DNA of 64,000 nucleotides from Octopus vulgaris (taxonomy: Eukaryota), in the NCBI GenBank assembly GCA_951406725.2, contig OX597825.1, forward strand, positions 70,990,001-71,054,000, read 5' to 3'. Below, one piece after another: positions 1-12,120 of the stretch; the stretch's first letter is position 1, and every line of letters begins with the position of its first letter. The notes beneath the pieces are model-generated. The model did not search any database, was not told the origin of the DNA, and saw only the letters and a list, made by a program, of their open reading frames with translations. The position numbers and the translations under genes were made by a program.

Positions 1-86
1 CTAATAATAATAATAAGAAGAAGAAGAACCACTACCATCACCACTTAGCATCTGCAGTAAGGGATACCAGGATAATAAATTTACAG

Positions 87-315
87 AAGGCGGCGAGCTG
101 GCAGAAACGTTAGCACGCCGGGCGAAATGCTTGGCAGTATTTCGTCTGCCGCTACTTCCTGAGTTCAAATTCCGCCGAGGTCGACTTTGCCTTTCATCCT
201 TTCGGGGTCGATTAAATAAGCACCATTTACGCACTGGGGTCGATGTAATCGACTTAATCCGTTTGTCCTTGTTTGTCCCCTCTGTGTTTAGCCCCTTGTG
301 GGTAGTAAAGAAATA
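87..315 (+). mobile_element. SINE family A (tRNA-derived head, Meta-like central domain)
   Basis: A/B-box-like head (agctggcagaaacgttag ... gagttcaaattcc) and central gcctttcatcctttcggggtcgat..aagtacc. Near-identical TSD gataataaattt(a/c)cag at 71-86 and 316-331. More than 10 copies in the window. Confidence 0.9.
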
Positions 316-744
316 GATAATAAATTTCCAGTAAACTGTCCCATTCTCTCTGCGTCCATTTACTTTTCAATTGATAAATCAACCGCCCCCCCTCCACGGT
401 TGTACAGATTCATCCCTTTCGAAGTTGAAGTTAGTCCACGTTGTAAAGAGGAGGGGATTTGCTACCAGAGAGAAACAAACATGAACAGAGGAATGGAAAC
501 GGAGGCGAGATAATGAAGAGAATTTGAAACAGGAAGACCCCCGAATTATAATATACTGGATAAAATACTAGGATTTTTTAGTGGATCACAACGCTACAAC
601 CCACTGGACTATGAATAAAATTCTACTAATTACATTTTGGATTATATTTATTATATTACATACAAACAGTATTTTTATACTTTGATTAAAATTTTTCCAA
701 AGTAATCAATGAACAACACGTGCACACTAGCAACGATAACATAC

Positions 745-867
745 CTTATTATTCAAAGCCACTTTGTCCAAAGACGACTCTTCTCCAAACTGTTTGCTTT
801 CATCTTTTGTAGCGTTCTCTTTCTGGGAAGCTATATTTTCAGCTTCTATAGCATGTTCAGCAGTCAT
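745..867 (-). CDS. Probable first coding exon of an unidentified gene divergent from DCTN3 (MTAEHAIEAENIASQKENATKDESKQFGEESSLDKVALNNK...)
   Basis: Minus strand: ATG at 867-865 in gaaATGa context, 41 stop-free codons with acidic/charged composition, ending phase 0 at a strong donor AAG|gtatgt (744-739). No homology recognised; later exons would lie left of the window. Confidence 0.55.
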
Positions 868-2018
868 TTCGAGAGACTTTAATTAAAACTTACATTCATT
901 AAATTCATACACGCTGACACACAGCCATATTCTTTTCAGATACGAAACTAAGAATATGCTGAAATATAAATTTATCCTAGTTATTCATACAAGGTACATC
1001 TCATAACCCGTTTGCTATTTTAGCAATAGGTTCTACTTGTTTAATCGAAATATCATACAAATTGAAAACAGTATATCAATACACTTCCTATTGATAGTAT
1101 AATTTTCGTATGATTGCAGAAATGACATAGGGTTACATAGAATTGTTTCCCTTGGCTTAATTTCATTTTATTTCAATATAAATAAAGTTTGATAACTCTG
1201 TGCCTGACTAAATAATTTTTTTTTCTTAGTCTTAACTCGATAAGTTGAAAGGTATCGATTTTCTCCACCTGCGTACGAAATAATCTAATTTATTAAAAGC
1301 AACGGATCTTTTCGGTTTGAACAGCAGTTTTTTCTAGCGGTGTCATATGGAATTGTCACCTATAATTATGACCCTAGTATCGATCTATTGCATTTCAATC
1401 TGTTTTAGGGTTAGGGGTGGGGGGAAGAGTATCTTCTTTTCTTCACAAATGTAAATAAACCCAATCTGTTTCTTAAACGAGGGACGTATTCATACGACAC
1501 AGAATGTTTTTTTTTACCTCAATAGACGTCATTGATTGGTTGAAATTGCAGAAATTGAAAAAAAAACAACAACAAATATCTTACAAACTATAGAATTTTC
1601 TCAATAAAACCAACAGAAAAAGATGTTTTATAAACACATTCTACCAGTATACGAAGTTTAAGAGTGTTTAGTTACGTGGAAATTATTTTAAAAAACTGCC
1701 GTTCAAACCGAAAAGCTCCAAAGCAACTTCGTGTTGGTATTAGGGAAAATATGTTTGCAATCTCATTTGAAATTAAAGGGAAATTTGACGACAAGTTAAA
1801 ATAGGTTCTAAGACAGGTGCGAGACATCTATAAAAAGTAAAATAGTATACTGTGCACTTTATTGTATCTTATGCGCATGATACCCCGGTACATGGGAAAA
1901 TTATTTTGCTTGAAACTGGTCCACGGTGCTAAAATAAAGTTTGGACATCACTGACTTAGTAGAAACGGAAAAGAGTTGTCTCCCTTTGGGCAAGTCAGAG
2001 ACATTTTGTTGATTAAAA
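868..2018. promoter_or_regulatory. Putative bidirectional promoter / 5' UTR region between the two divergent ATGs
   Basis: About 1.15 kb between head-to-head start codons. Few repeats apart from one MITE. A YY1-like/Kozak motif AAAATGGCGGC overlaps the DCTN3 ATG. TSS not determinable. Confidence 0.45.
1304..1719. mobile_element. MITE with GG termini and 8-bp TSD (Merlin/IS1016-like)
   Basis: 29-bp TIRs GGATCTTTTCGGTTTGAACAGCAGTTTTT / AAAAACTGCCGTTCAAACCGAAAAGCTCC (2 mismatches). Perfect TSD aaagcaac at 1296-1303 and 1720-1727. Confidence 0.85.
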
Positions 2019-2117
2019 ATGGCGGCTATATCAGAATCTGACATTCTTGAGAAACGGATTGGAATATTGGAGAGTCTGGTCTTTGGATTGTCGGACAAGG
2101 ACACTGAATATCCAAAG
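2019..2117 (+). CDS. DCTN3: Dynactin subunit 3 (p24/p22), coding exon 1: MAAISESDILEKRIGILESLVFGLSDKDTEYPK
   Basis: aaaATGGcg start, 33 codons, donor AAG|gtaagt at 2118. Resembles the DCTN3 N-terminus (human LQRLQARVEELERWVYG, recalled). Confidence 0.92.
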
Positions 2118-3738
2118 GTAAGTTGTATTTGGAAAGGGAGGAATCGTTCATTTTGACTGTGTAAAGCCCTAACATCGAAATTTTTATTACAAACGTATGA
2201 TGTTGGATAATAATGATAGACCGAAGCAGAAAATATTGTCAGTCAATTAATTTTAGGTGAATATAAAAGGAAATAATAAAAGTAAAGCAACAGCAAGAAA
2301 TGGTATTCTTTGTTTGTTAGTCTAGGATATCCTGACGCGAATGACATGTTTAATAAATGACTCACTGCGGAAGACCGAAGTCTCGTGTAACAGCTGCGAA
2401 GAAGACAAGAACTGAATTAAATGTATAACTTTCTACGAGATATACACCAAGATAATTCATGTCATTAATTCTACGTTTATTGTAGATTAATTCACAGTTC
2501 ATTGATGTATTAGATTCTACATACCTAAAACGAAAGATCCCCAGAAAGTTGACTGAGAAGGGAGATAGAATTAATCAATAGCGATCATTGACTATAACGT
2601 ACCGTCTTTGACAATTTTTGATTATTATTTATCTTTCTAGTGATTTGTTTTTCACTATAACATACCATTCGTACTGATCTTTGATTATAGCGTGCCTCTT
2701 TTACTTTGTCAAATTGTAGCTAGTGTCAGTATACCCGTGAAAGACTTTCTTCTGTCTTTTGACACCGATACGCCCAACTTCTTTGTCGTATGGAACATTG
2801 TGGGTTGCAATTAAGAATTATTTTCTGTGTATTAAGATGAAAAGGTCTAATTATATTAATCTTTCGGAGAAAGTATATGAGAAGTGAAAGTATTGCTCGG
2901 CAGTTCCCTTTATCGGAATAAATATCAAGTTAATTCTATTTATTTTTGAAAATATTCCTTGGATTTTCGCTTTAAACATCAGAATGTAAATATAGTATAA
3001 ATAGAGTGTAAATAGTGGCATATTTTGGTGCTAAACTCATCACAACAACATTTGTGTACACAAACTGGAGTCTATTTCATTTGATCCACTTTTAATCTTC
3101 GAAAACATTTTTAATGGTCTTTCAACAATAATCGTTAATGTGAGAGCACCTCTGGTCTATTTGTCTTTCCACTTGGTGCAACCTTTGCTGCCAACCCTCT
3201 CAACCTTTCCCCACTCTAATCCCTATGACCAGTTTTTTATTCCCAGAACCTTGGCTCTCTGGAACCTATTCTGCAGAATGGAACATGAACGGCATCAGAT
3301 TCACTGGATTTGAAGGGCCTGCAAAGGTTATAAATAAATAAATAAAATGCAATAATCGTACATTCATTAGGAATTCAGATCATCACTTATAATGATATTC
3401 TGTTGGTGGGTCTCTCTCTTTCTCTCTCTCTCATTTTGCTTTTGGTTGGCTTCAAATGATGCTTAGTTGAAGTTAAGTGCCGTAAGATTCCCAAATAGAG
3501 ATTTCATGATTCCAGTTTGAATTTCAGATCTTAATTCTGTAATATGTGGATAGTCTTCCTATAGGTACAAATTCTTGCATCTTCTGGTTGGTGAAATCAG
3601 TCTTCTCAAGCCTAGGCTAATTGCATCTGCCACAGTTTACCTTTACTAACATTACTGAAACATTAATTCATCCATTGGTTCAGCATGTTAGCACAACATG
3701 TAAGCATGGCATGTTCATATTAATGCAGTTGTCCTTCA

Positions 3739-4010
3739 TGGAGGCACATGACCTAGTGGTTAGAGCAGCAAACTCATGGTCAAGGGATCGCGGGTTCGAA
3801 TCTCAGACTGGAAGATGCGTGTGTTTATGAGCGAAACACCTAAGCTCCACGTGGCTCTGGCAGAAGGTAATGGCAAACTTTCTCTCACTCTTTCCTCCTG
3901 CTTCTTGCAGCTCACCTGTAATGGACTGGCATCCCATCCAGGTGGAGAACCTATACGACAAGGAAACCGGCCCTTATGAGCCAGGCATGGCTTGAAAAGG
4001 AACAAACAAT
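3739..4010 (+). mobile_element. SINE family D (tRNA-like head, ...gatggactggcatcccatccag... body)
   Basis: A box tgacctagtggttag, B box ggttcgaatc. Related copies at about 41200-41435(+), 44110-44352(-), 63750-63930(+). Confidence 0.8.
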
Positions 4011-4713
4011 ATTTATATATATATATATAAGTTATAATATTGGTTGCTGCCATAATTCCCCCTAAATCCCATTTTTTAGATGATTAAATGTTTTTAGTGG
4101 TTACAGTATTAGGCTCATGGTCATTAGTTTGTGAGTTCCATTCTTGGAATTGGTGGTATGTTGTGTCCTATATCAACTTCCCACTGCTCCTGGCTTGCTT
4201 CCATAATGTTCCTTGTGCTACCATTTCCAAAAGTATTCTGCCTGTTTTATGTTCAAACTGGCCAGATCTGGTCTCTCATACTAACCCTACAATATCATTT
4301 TAAAAATTAACAGCTACCTCATCATAATCTCATAGCTACAAGATAATGCATGATTAGTTCAAAGCAATGTGGATAAGAAAGGATTAATTTTGGCAGAATA
4401 ATGTGAACACTAAAGGGTTAAATCATCACCTTATATTTAACATGCATAATTTATTATCGCAATTTCTTGTATTAAGTCACTGGATTCTTACAATAAAGTT
4501 TTCAAGTTTAACCCTTTTAATACCAACCCACTGAAGACTGACCTTAGACACATGATGCAAACTTCCTGTTTTAAAGAGTTGCATCTTCCAGGCATACCAG
4601 CAAATGGTTTTTTGTACACTATTTGCATATAGTCATGGACTAGCGATTCACTTCACTTCCAATTCGGTTCAGGTATGTGATGTTGATAAGACACAAAAGT
4701 GGCAAAACATTAA

Positions 4714-4933
4714 CCCTTTCATTACTGTATTTATTTTGAGATACTCTGTTTTTCTTTCAATTATTTTAAATATAACCAAGAATTTAGTAAAATAACTTGG
4801 TTATCATTCAGCTAGTGTTAGGAACATAAATTGTGTCTAAGGTTTGGTGGAAGATTTTAATCCAAAACTTATGAAAACAAGACATTTGTACTCAGAGCCA
4901 GAGCCGGTTTCAGCCGGGTTGGTAACGAAAGGG
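4714..4933 (-). mobile_element. piggyBac-type MITE family P1 (220 bp)
   Basis: TTAA on both sides, TIR CCCTTTC(A/G)TTAC...GTAACGAAAGGG. Near-identical copies at 19219-19439 and 20685-20904. Confidence 0.9.
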
Positions 4934-6354
4934 TTAATGTCCATCACTCTTGAATTGGATTTGGGGTGAGTTGTTTCGCCTGTCTATGGCTTTCTGATGT
5001 TTTAACACTCAACACTTTGATGGAGTCATCTCTACGGTGCTAAATTGCAGCGTACTAGTGAACAAGTAAATTACATATATTGAGTATGTGTGTTCAATAA
5101 TTCAATACACACACATACATGATAGGCTTTCATTTTCTTGTCTTGAAGTTAAATTTTTAAAAAGGGTTCTTGAAAACTATTACTTACCTTGTTTTATTAA
5201 CACTTTTGATACCAACCAGCCTGAGACCATCCCTGGTTCTATGATAAAAACTTCCTGTTTTAAAGGACCTAAATTTAAACTTTGCATCAGAATTTCTCAT
5301 GCCAAATTATGTTCCAAACACCAGCTTAATAAAGACCAAGTTGTTCTAACTCCTGTCTGCAAGTATGAGCTCTGTGAGTCAGAGTGGCTATTCCAGCACA
5401 TCCTTTGGAGCTACGCCTTTTCCATTTTGTCAAATTTGACAGAAGCAAAAGCATTAGATTTTAACAGAAATAGGGTAACAAAATTATTGTTGATAACAAA
5501 TTATGAAGAAATGTATAGAAATGTCAAGAATATTTTTTCCCAATCAGTCCAAGATAATTCAAAAACTATTAGGGATAACTTTATTATGTAAAACTATAGT
5601 CTTCACATAATAATAATTCTTATACTTGTTTCAGTAATATAATTATGTGTAATTTACTTTTCCGCTTCAATCAAACGATTGATTATTATTTTCTTTCATA
5701 ATTATATTTATTTACTTTTGTTTGTTCAGAATGTTCAGAAAATGATCTTGCATAATTTTTTCATTGAAATTTGTTCCATGTGTTGTGTCTGGTGTTAAAG
5801 AATAGTTCTAAAAATTACCTTAATTGTTACCATCTTTCAGTTTGCTCAACCAGAAACTTCTCCCGTATTTGTAAGTACTTTGGCCAAAAAATAAGTAAAA
5901 ATAAAATAAGTGCTTAATTTGCTAAATTATGAGACACTGGTCTGCCTGTAATTTATTTTTAAAAATACAAAAAAAAAAAGCCAAAAAGAAATTATATTTT
6001 CTGTCTTTATTTTTGTTGTTGCTGTCGTATTTTAGCTATTTTATATTCTGACTGCAGAGCTTCACTGTCATAAGTTTCATTGGCAAAATTTTTCTTCATT
6101 CCCAGGAAATCTTTTTCAGAAAATTGAAATATCATCTTAGTATTCCTGCATTTGCAAATGAGAGTAAATTAGTTGATTTTTTGTTTTTGTATCTGGTTTG
6201 CAAGTTTCTTAATGTAAACTCATGTGTTGAAACAGGCTTTTTTTGTATCTTGGGAGGGTCATTATGCCAATAATAAACACACACACACACTGGTTCCTTT
6301 TCACTTCTTTCAAGAGTCTCCTCCCTATTGAGGATTATACATTGGTACTCTATT

Positions 6355-6748
6355 ACTTGTTTCAGTTGTGACTGTGGCCATGCTGGAGCACCGCCTTTAG
6401 TCAAGCAAATCGACCCCAGTACTTATTCTTTGTAAGCCTAGTACTTATTCTATTGGTCTCTTATGCCAAACTGCTAAGTTACAGGGATGTAAACACACCA
6501 GCATCGATTGTCAAGCGGTGTTGGGAGGATAAACACAGACACACAAACATACACACACACATACATATATATACATATATATGACGGGCTTCTTTCAGTT
6601 TCCGTCTACCAAATCCACTCACAAGGTTTTGGTCAGCCCGAAGCTATGGTTGTGGAGGCACGCGGCCCAAGGTGCCACGCAGTGGAACTGAATCCGGAAC
6701 GATGTGGTTGGTAAGCAAGCTACTTACCACACAGCCACTTCTACACCT
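6355..6748 (-). mobile_element. SINE family B (tRNA head, CORE-like ggcaccttgggcaagt, internal TA/CA microsatellite)
   Basis: Reverse complement of the about 400-bp element seen in + orientation at 44632-45040; many copies in the window. Confidence 0.88.
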
Positions 6749-6912
6749 ATTAAAGAGTTTTTTTGCTTTTTTGTTAAACCTGTTTATATGCAAAACCTTC
6801 AAAACAAAATGAACACACACACACGTTCAGTGTTTTATCCTCTGTCATCCATAATGTTTTTTCTGATATAAACCATTTGTGGTCAATACAGAAATCATTA
6901 TTATTATTATTA

Positions 6913-7335
6913 AGGTGGTGATCTGGCAGAATTGTTAGCATGCCAGGCAAAATGTTTAGCGACATTCTGAGTTCAAATTCAGCCAAAGTCAACTTTGTCT
7001 TTCATCCTTTCGGGGTCAGTAAAATAAGTACCAGTTATGCACTGGGGTCGATGTAATTGACTTACTTCCACCCAAGAAATTGCTGGCCTTAAAATTTGAA
7101 AGCATCATTATTATTATTATTAAGGCAGCGAGGTGACAGAATCAAGCATGCCAGGCGAAATGCTTAATCGTATTTCGTCTGTCTTTACATTCTGAGTTCA
7201 AATTCCGCTGAGGTCGATTTTGCCTTTCATCCTTCTGGGGTCGATAAATTAAGTACCAGTTGCGTACTGGGGTCAGTCTAATTGACTGGCCTCCTCTCAA
7301 AAAATTTCAGGCCTTGTGCCTATAACAGAAAGGAT
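6913..7335 (+). mobile_element. Two tandem family-A SINEs (alternative tail ending in (ATT)n)
   Basis: Two head+Meta units at about 6913-7110 and 7123-7335, each flanked by (att)n. Confidence 0.85.
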
Positions 7336-7389
7336 TATTATTATTATTTATTATTATTATTATCATTATTATTATTATTATTAGTCATA

Positions 7390-7597
7390 GTTAACCAATG
7401 AACTAATTGGTTATTCGATTAATCTCTCAGTTAATCAGTCTGCTAAGTTCATCAAAGTTCTTTCATTATCATTTGTAAGGCATGTCATTGATGAGTTCAA
7501 GAATGGCAACGAAAGGACTTTAACGAACCTAGCTGACTGATTGATTGACTGAAGGAGTAATCAAATAATCAATTGGTCAGTTGATTAAATGGTTAAC
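7390..7597. repeat. Degenerate fold-back (palindromic) element
   Basis: Arms pair along their length, e.g. ctaagttcatcaaagttctttcattatcatt vs aatggcaacgaaaggactttaacgaacctag, with gttaacca...tggttaac ends. Similar element at 60471-60708. Confidence 0.65.
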
Positions 7598-8733
7598 CAG
7601 TTGACTAATTACAGAACCAATGCATGTGTTTATTACTGGCATAATGATTCTCTTGAGATACAATTAGATTGGTGGAGTTTTTAGCATAAGTTATTTCTTT
7701 CAAAAAGACTATTATTTTTATTATACCATGACATTCTTCATCTTTGCTTCATATAAATTGCTGCAAAGGCTTGGCTTAAGTCTAACATGAAACAATGTAA
7801 TGTGTTTAGTGCAAGACTGAAATCACATATCCAATAGGCTTCTTTCAGTTCCTGCCTGCCAAATCCATCCGCAAGGCTTTGGGAGGCCCAGGACTATAGT
7901 CTAAGACACTTGCTCAAGGTGTCACACGGTGGGATTGAACCTAGGACCATGTGGTTGGGAAACTAACTTCCGACCATACAACAGATATGCTGCTCCAAAA
8001 GCTCACTTCAGTCTCACAATAAATAGACAAAAATGAAGGGTACGTAGTTCAACTGATATTTGTAATTGTAACTGTTAGTTTTCAAATAACTAATTTCATC
8101 AGTTGTATTTAGTAGCTTAATAACATCTTAAAGCAATGTTATCAACAGTAAAATATACTGAAATCAATGTATTTGTTATGTGAATTGTTCAGCTGCTCTG
8201 CTTTTCTCTTCAGGCTTTGTCTACTTCACAGTCTTGTTACCATTTTTATTTATTCTTTCTTTTCTCAAAGACTTAAGTAAGGAGGAGATAAATTTTAAAT
8301 GTTTTTTTGCTCATAACTTTCTCCTGTTACAGTTAGTTTCCTTTGACAAATCAAGTTTCCATTATTTTCATAAAGTGAAGTTGTCATAAAACAGCTTTCG
8401 GAAAATGACCCTGCTTTGAAAAAAATAAAGTTTAAAAATTACAGTTTCTAACTTTTGTGCAAAATATAAGGAAATAATTTAATGAGGAACAATCTGTGGA
8501 TGTGGGTAAAAGGAATTAGCGTACCTTGTAAACTAATTTTCATTATTTTATAGGTTTAATATGTTTAACTGTTAGTATCAACCTCCCTGAGATCACCCTT
8601 ACTTAAAGTGTTAATGTTTAAAGCAGATCTTAATTAAATTAATGTGACACCATGAATTCGGTTGGTTAACACTTACATAGCATTTGTGTGTGTGTGTGTG
8701 TGTTTAAAAGGCTGATTGTTATGCTCAGTCAGA

Positions 8734-8793
8734 AAGTGACCATTGGTTTCACACTTATGAAATACTTAGTTGTATAGGTAACTCATCAGACTC
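8734..8793 (-). ncRNA. Type-I hammerhead ribozyme motif
   Basis: Minus strand: gagt CUGAUGA [stem II, imperfect] GAAAC caaug GUC acuu. Stem I gagu/acuu; near-palindromic stem III accaauggu; adjacent to (TG)n. Confidence 0.6.
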
Positions 8794-9249
8794 AAATGGC
8801 CGGAGGAACATAACCTCTCTACAAGTGGAGTGGGGCAATGATATTTGACCAGCCACAACAATCAACCTTCTAAATGTATTACAACTCTATTGTTTTAGCA
8901 TGTGCTTCTTTGCAGAACTACTGATGAGGTATGTATAGGTAGTATCAAAAGCTTCGACAGGAAGTCACGGGTGAAAGAAGGTCGCTCTGTATAGTCACTA
9001 GAGCTGAACGTGGTTAATAGTATAGTCTGTTAGCATGGTTGGGGATACCTTAGGTTTAGAAATCTATGTTTTGTGAATAATTATTTAATGGTTACATTTC
9101 TTATGGACCTCTCATCAGTTTTGGGACTGATGAAAGATCCATAACAAAGACTAAGGCATTGTCTACAAATATGGATCTCAAAGCCTGATATGCCCCTGAG
9201 CGTGCCAGTAGACTATAATAGAAATAAGATAATAATAATGATAATAACG

Positions 9250-9392
9250 GAAGGGCATCCAGCTGTAGAAACTCTGCCAGATCAAGATTGAAGCTTGGTG
9301 CAACCATCTGGTTTGCCAGCCCTCAGTCAAATTGTCCAACCCATGCTAGCATGGAAAGCAGACGTTAAACAATGATGATGATGATCATGATG
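9250..9392 (+). mobile_element. SINE family C, 5'-truncated (ggaagggcatccagc...gacgttaaac(gat)n tail)
   Basis: Matches the 3' part of the longer copies at 14690-14962 and 32545-32869. Confidence 0.85.
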
Positions 9393-10079
9393 AATATATT
9401 TTACTAAACCTGTTCTAAATCTTGATTATATATTGAAAGTTAATTAAACCCTTAGGGAAGTCAGTTCATTAGAAGTAAAATCACTGAAGGGTTAACTGTA
9501 AACAATTAAAAATAATGGAGAAATAGATTTGTTGTATACCCCTAGACGACTTATGGCACAACTTATGTATACCCCTAGACGACTTAACCTAGCTTGTTGA
9601 AAATGTTCAGTTCTTTAATATTAATCTCGTTACTGGAATATCACTTTCATGTAGATATAGTTTTGGTAAATGCTTCACCTAAAACCTCATTGTGTACCAA
9701 TACTGACATGCGTGGCATAGGTTCACCATAACCGTGTCTTTATAAACACCTCTCCCTGTTCCCTTATCTTTCTTTCTCACATACATACATAAACATACTC
9801 CCTCTCTCTCACTATTTCCTCACTATGTTTCAATATATTTATTCGAGTTTATTTCATTGAATTTTCATACTTACCCTCGGTTCATGTTGATACTGCTGTT
9901 ACAAATCTCAAATATAAGAATCATCTGCATTGCAGAAGCTTTGCGTTCTTGAAAAGTCTTGCTGTGTTGTGAAGTTCTATAACATGAAACTTATTTTCCT
10001 GTCAACTTCAATCTTACATAGAAGTTAATCAATGAAAAAAAAATGTTTCTGGTTACAGAATTCCATATCTTTTATATTT

Positions 10080-10690
10080 TACTTGAACTGTGGTCATGCT
10101 GGTGCACTGCCTTGATGGGTTTAGTTAAACAAATTGAACCCAGGAATTGTTTTTTTAAATCTGGAACTTGATTTATCTGTCCCTTTTGCCAAACTGATGT
10201 TATTTATGGATGTAAACAAACCAACATCGCTATCAAGGAATGAGGGAGAAGGACAAAGACATGCACATGCACACGTGTATAGATATGGATGCAGCCAGTT
10301 TCTTATTTCTTTATTGCCCACAAGGGGCTACACATAGAGGGGGCAAACAAGGACAGACAAACGGATTAAGTCGATTACGTCGACCCCAGTGTGTAACTGG
10401 TACTTAATTTATCCACCCCGAAAGGATGAAAGGCAAAGTCGACCTCGGTGGAATTTGAACTCAGAACGTAGCGGCAGACGAAATACCACTAAGCATTTTG
10501 CCCGGCGTGCTAATGTTTCTGCCAGCTCGCTGCCTTTTCTCTCTATCAAATTCACTCACAAGGCACTGGCCAACCCTGAGACTATAGCAGAAGATAGACT
10601 CTTGTCCAAGGTACTGCTGCATAGTGAAGCTGAACCCAAAACCACCTGGTTGCAAAGCAAACTTCTTAACCACACAACTGACTGTGCCTG
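10080..10690 (-). mobile_element. Family-B SINE with a family-A SINE (about 10303-10535) nested inside
   Basis: B tail at 10080-10290 and B head at 10540-10690 flank a full reverse-complement family-A unit. Confidence 0.8.
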
Positions 10691-11069
10691 CAAGATTTTC
10701 ACGAAGGCAATGCTTCTGTAACACAAGTCATACCACTCATACATTGGTTTGAAATTTCATGCATTTCTACCCTGTATATCTTAATTCACGAGCCACCATA
10801 TAAAACGATTTTTGTTGCAAAATGCTTTCATCATTGGCTGACATTAACTTGCTTGTTTCATTTTATTTTTCCTTTGGTTTCATTTTTTTTTTTTCAAGCC
10901 ATGCTGTGATGATTTGTTTTTCCTTGTTTTGACAATGTATAAAAATTAATCTGATTCATGTGTTCCATGATAATTATTATAACAACTCTTCATTGACAGC
11001 TTTCTACAGCAAACGTATTGCCTCTCTGTTGCTTTCGTTTCCCTTTTTTTTTTATATATATATATATAA

Positions 11070-11285
11070 CCCTTAAGCATTTAAACCTGTAATATATGGT
11101 TAAAATAAATATTACACTGTTTTTATTTTTAGACTAGTTTCAGCCTCTCACACCTGCCCCGCAGTGTTATTCTAAAACAAACAATTACATTGAAATCTCA
11201 AAGCTATGAGATAATCCATGTCTAATTCAAAATGATGTGAATAAATAAGTATTACATTTGACAAATTAATCTGAATGCTAAAGGG
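11070..11285 (+). mobile_element. piggyBac-type MITE family P2
   Basis: taa CCCTT(A/T)AGCATT...AATGCTAAAGGG ttaa ends. Other copies at about 4222-4420, 28430-28650, 31530-31655(-), 55333-55540, 58937-59153. Confidence 0.8.
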
Positions 11286-11847
11286 TTAATATTTAATCTT
11301 GCCGTTTATTTCTGTTTTTGCCGTTTTTTTGTTTGATTTGTTGTCCGTTTTTTCTTGTTTTTTTTTTGTTTTTTTTCTTCCTATTTTGTGTTTGTTTGAT
11401 TATGGCCACTTCTTGCATGTTTGGTATTGAAATAACTCTTGTCTTCCTGCTTCCTTTCCAGGCTAAATCAACCAATGTCAAGGTAACATTTTAATGCACA
11501 TAGTTGCTTCATCAGTTGTACCTTCTTTTTTTTTTTTTTTAATCTACTAACACACAGCAAAATATTATATAATTACTAAGCTTCCTCTCTCTTTTAATTT
11601 TAATTTTAATAGTGGTAATGGTCTACTAATATATATATATGTATGTACATGTCAAATGTGGGATCTTTTTTCTATTAAGGTTTTTCTTTATGTGGAGTAT
11701 CTACACAATAATTCCTCTCTCTCTCTGTGTTTGTACAAACATACATACATACATACAGAGATGTGCATGTATGTATATGTGTGTAGCTGTATGCATGCAT
11801 ATATATATGTGTGTGTGTGTGTATGTATGTATTTATGTATATATATA

Positions 11848-12075
11848 CCGGAGTAAACACATAAATGTGAAACAAGGTGGAAAAAAGAGTACTCAAATAC
11901 CAGTGGTAGAGTAATATGCTTTATTTTAAGCAGCAGAAAATTCAACAAAATCTGTTACTCTGAGTTTCTCGTTGCCGTTCATCAGACAGTTTTTTCTAGC
12001 AAAAACTGTCTGATGAACGGCAACGAGAAACTCAGAGTAACAGATTTTGTTGAATTTTCTGCTGCTTAAAATAAA

Positions 12076-12076
<1 letters not shown>
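11848..12076. mobile_element. Fold-back mini-element (Penelope-like/retrozyme remnant) with perfect 76-bp inverted repeat
   Basis: Arms 11919-11994 and 12001-12076 are exact reverse complements with a 6-nt spacer. About 70 nt of unpaired tail on the left. Flanked by (TA)n. Each arm carries a hammerhead motif. Confidence 0.85.
12006..12043 (+). ncRNA. Minimal type-I hammerhead ribozyme (mirror copy on - strand at 11952-11989)
   Basis: cugu CUGAUGA a-cg-gcaa-cg-a GAAA cucaga GUA acag. Stem I cugu/acag, GNRA-capped short stem II, near-palindromic stem III acucagagu, predicted cut after 12039. Confidence 0.8.
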
Positions 12077-12118
<42 letters not shown>

Positions 12119-12120
12119 TA

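Noticed and set aside
5088-5591. 167-aa ORF
   Set aside because: It overlaps a diverged piggyBac-MITE-like sequence and has a GTG start with no recognisable protein features.
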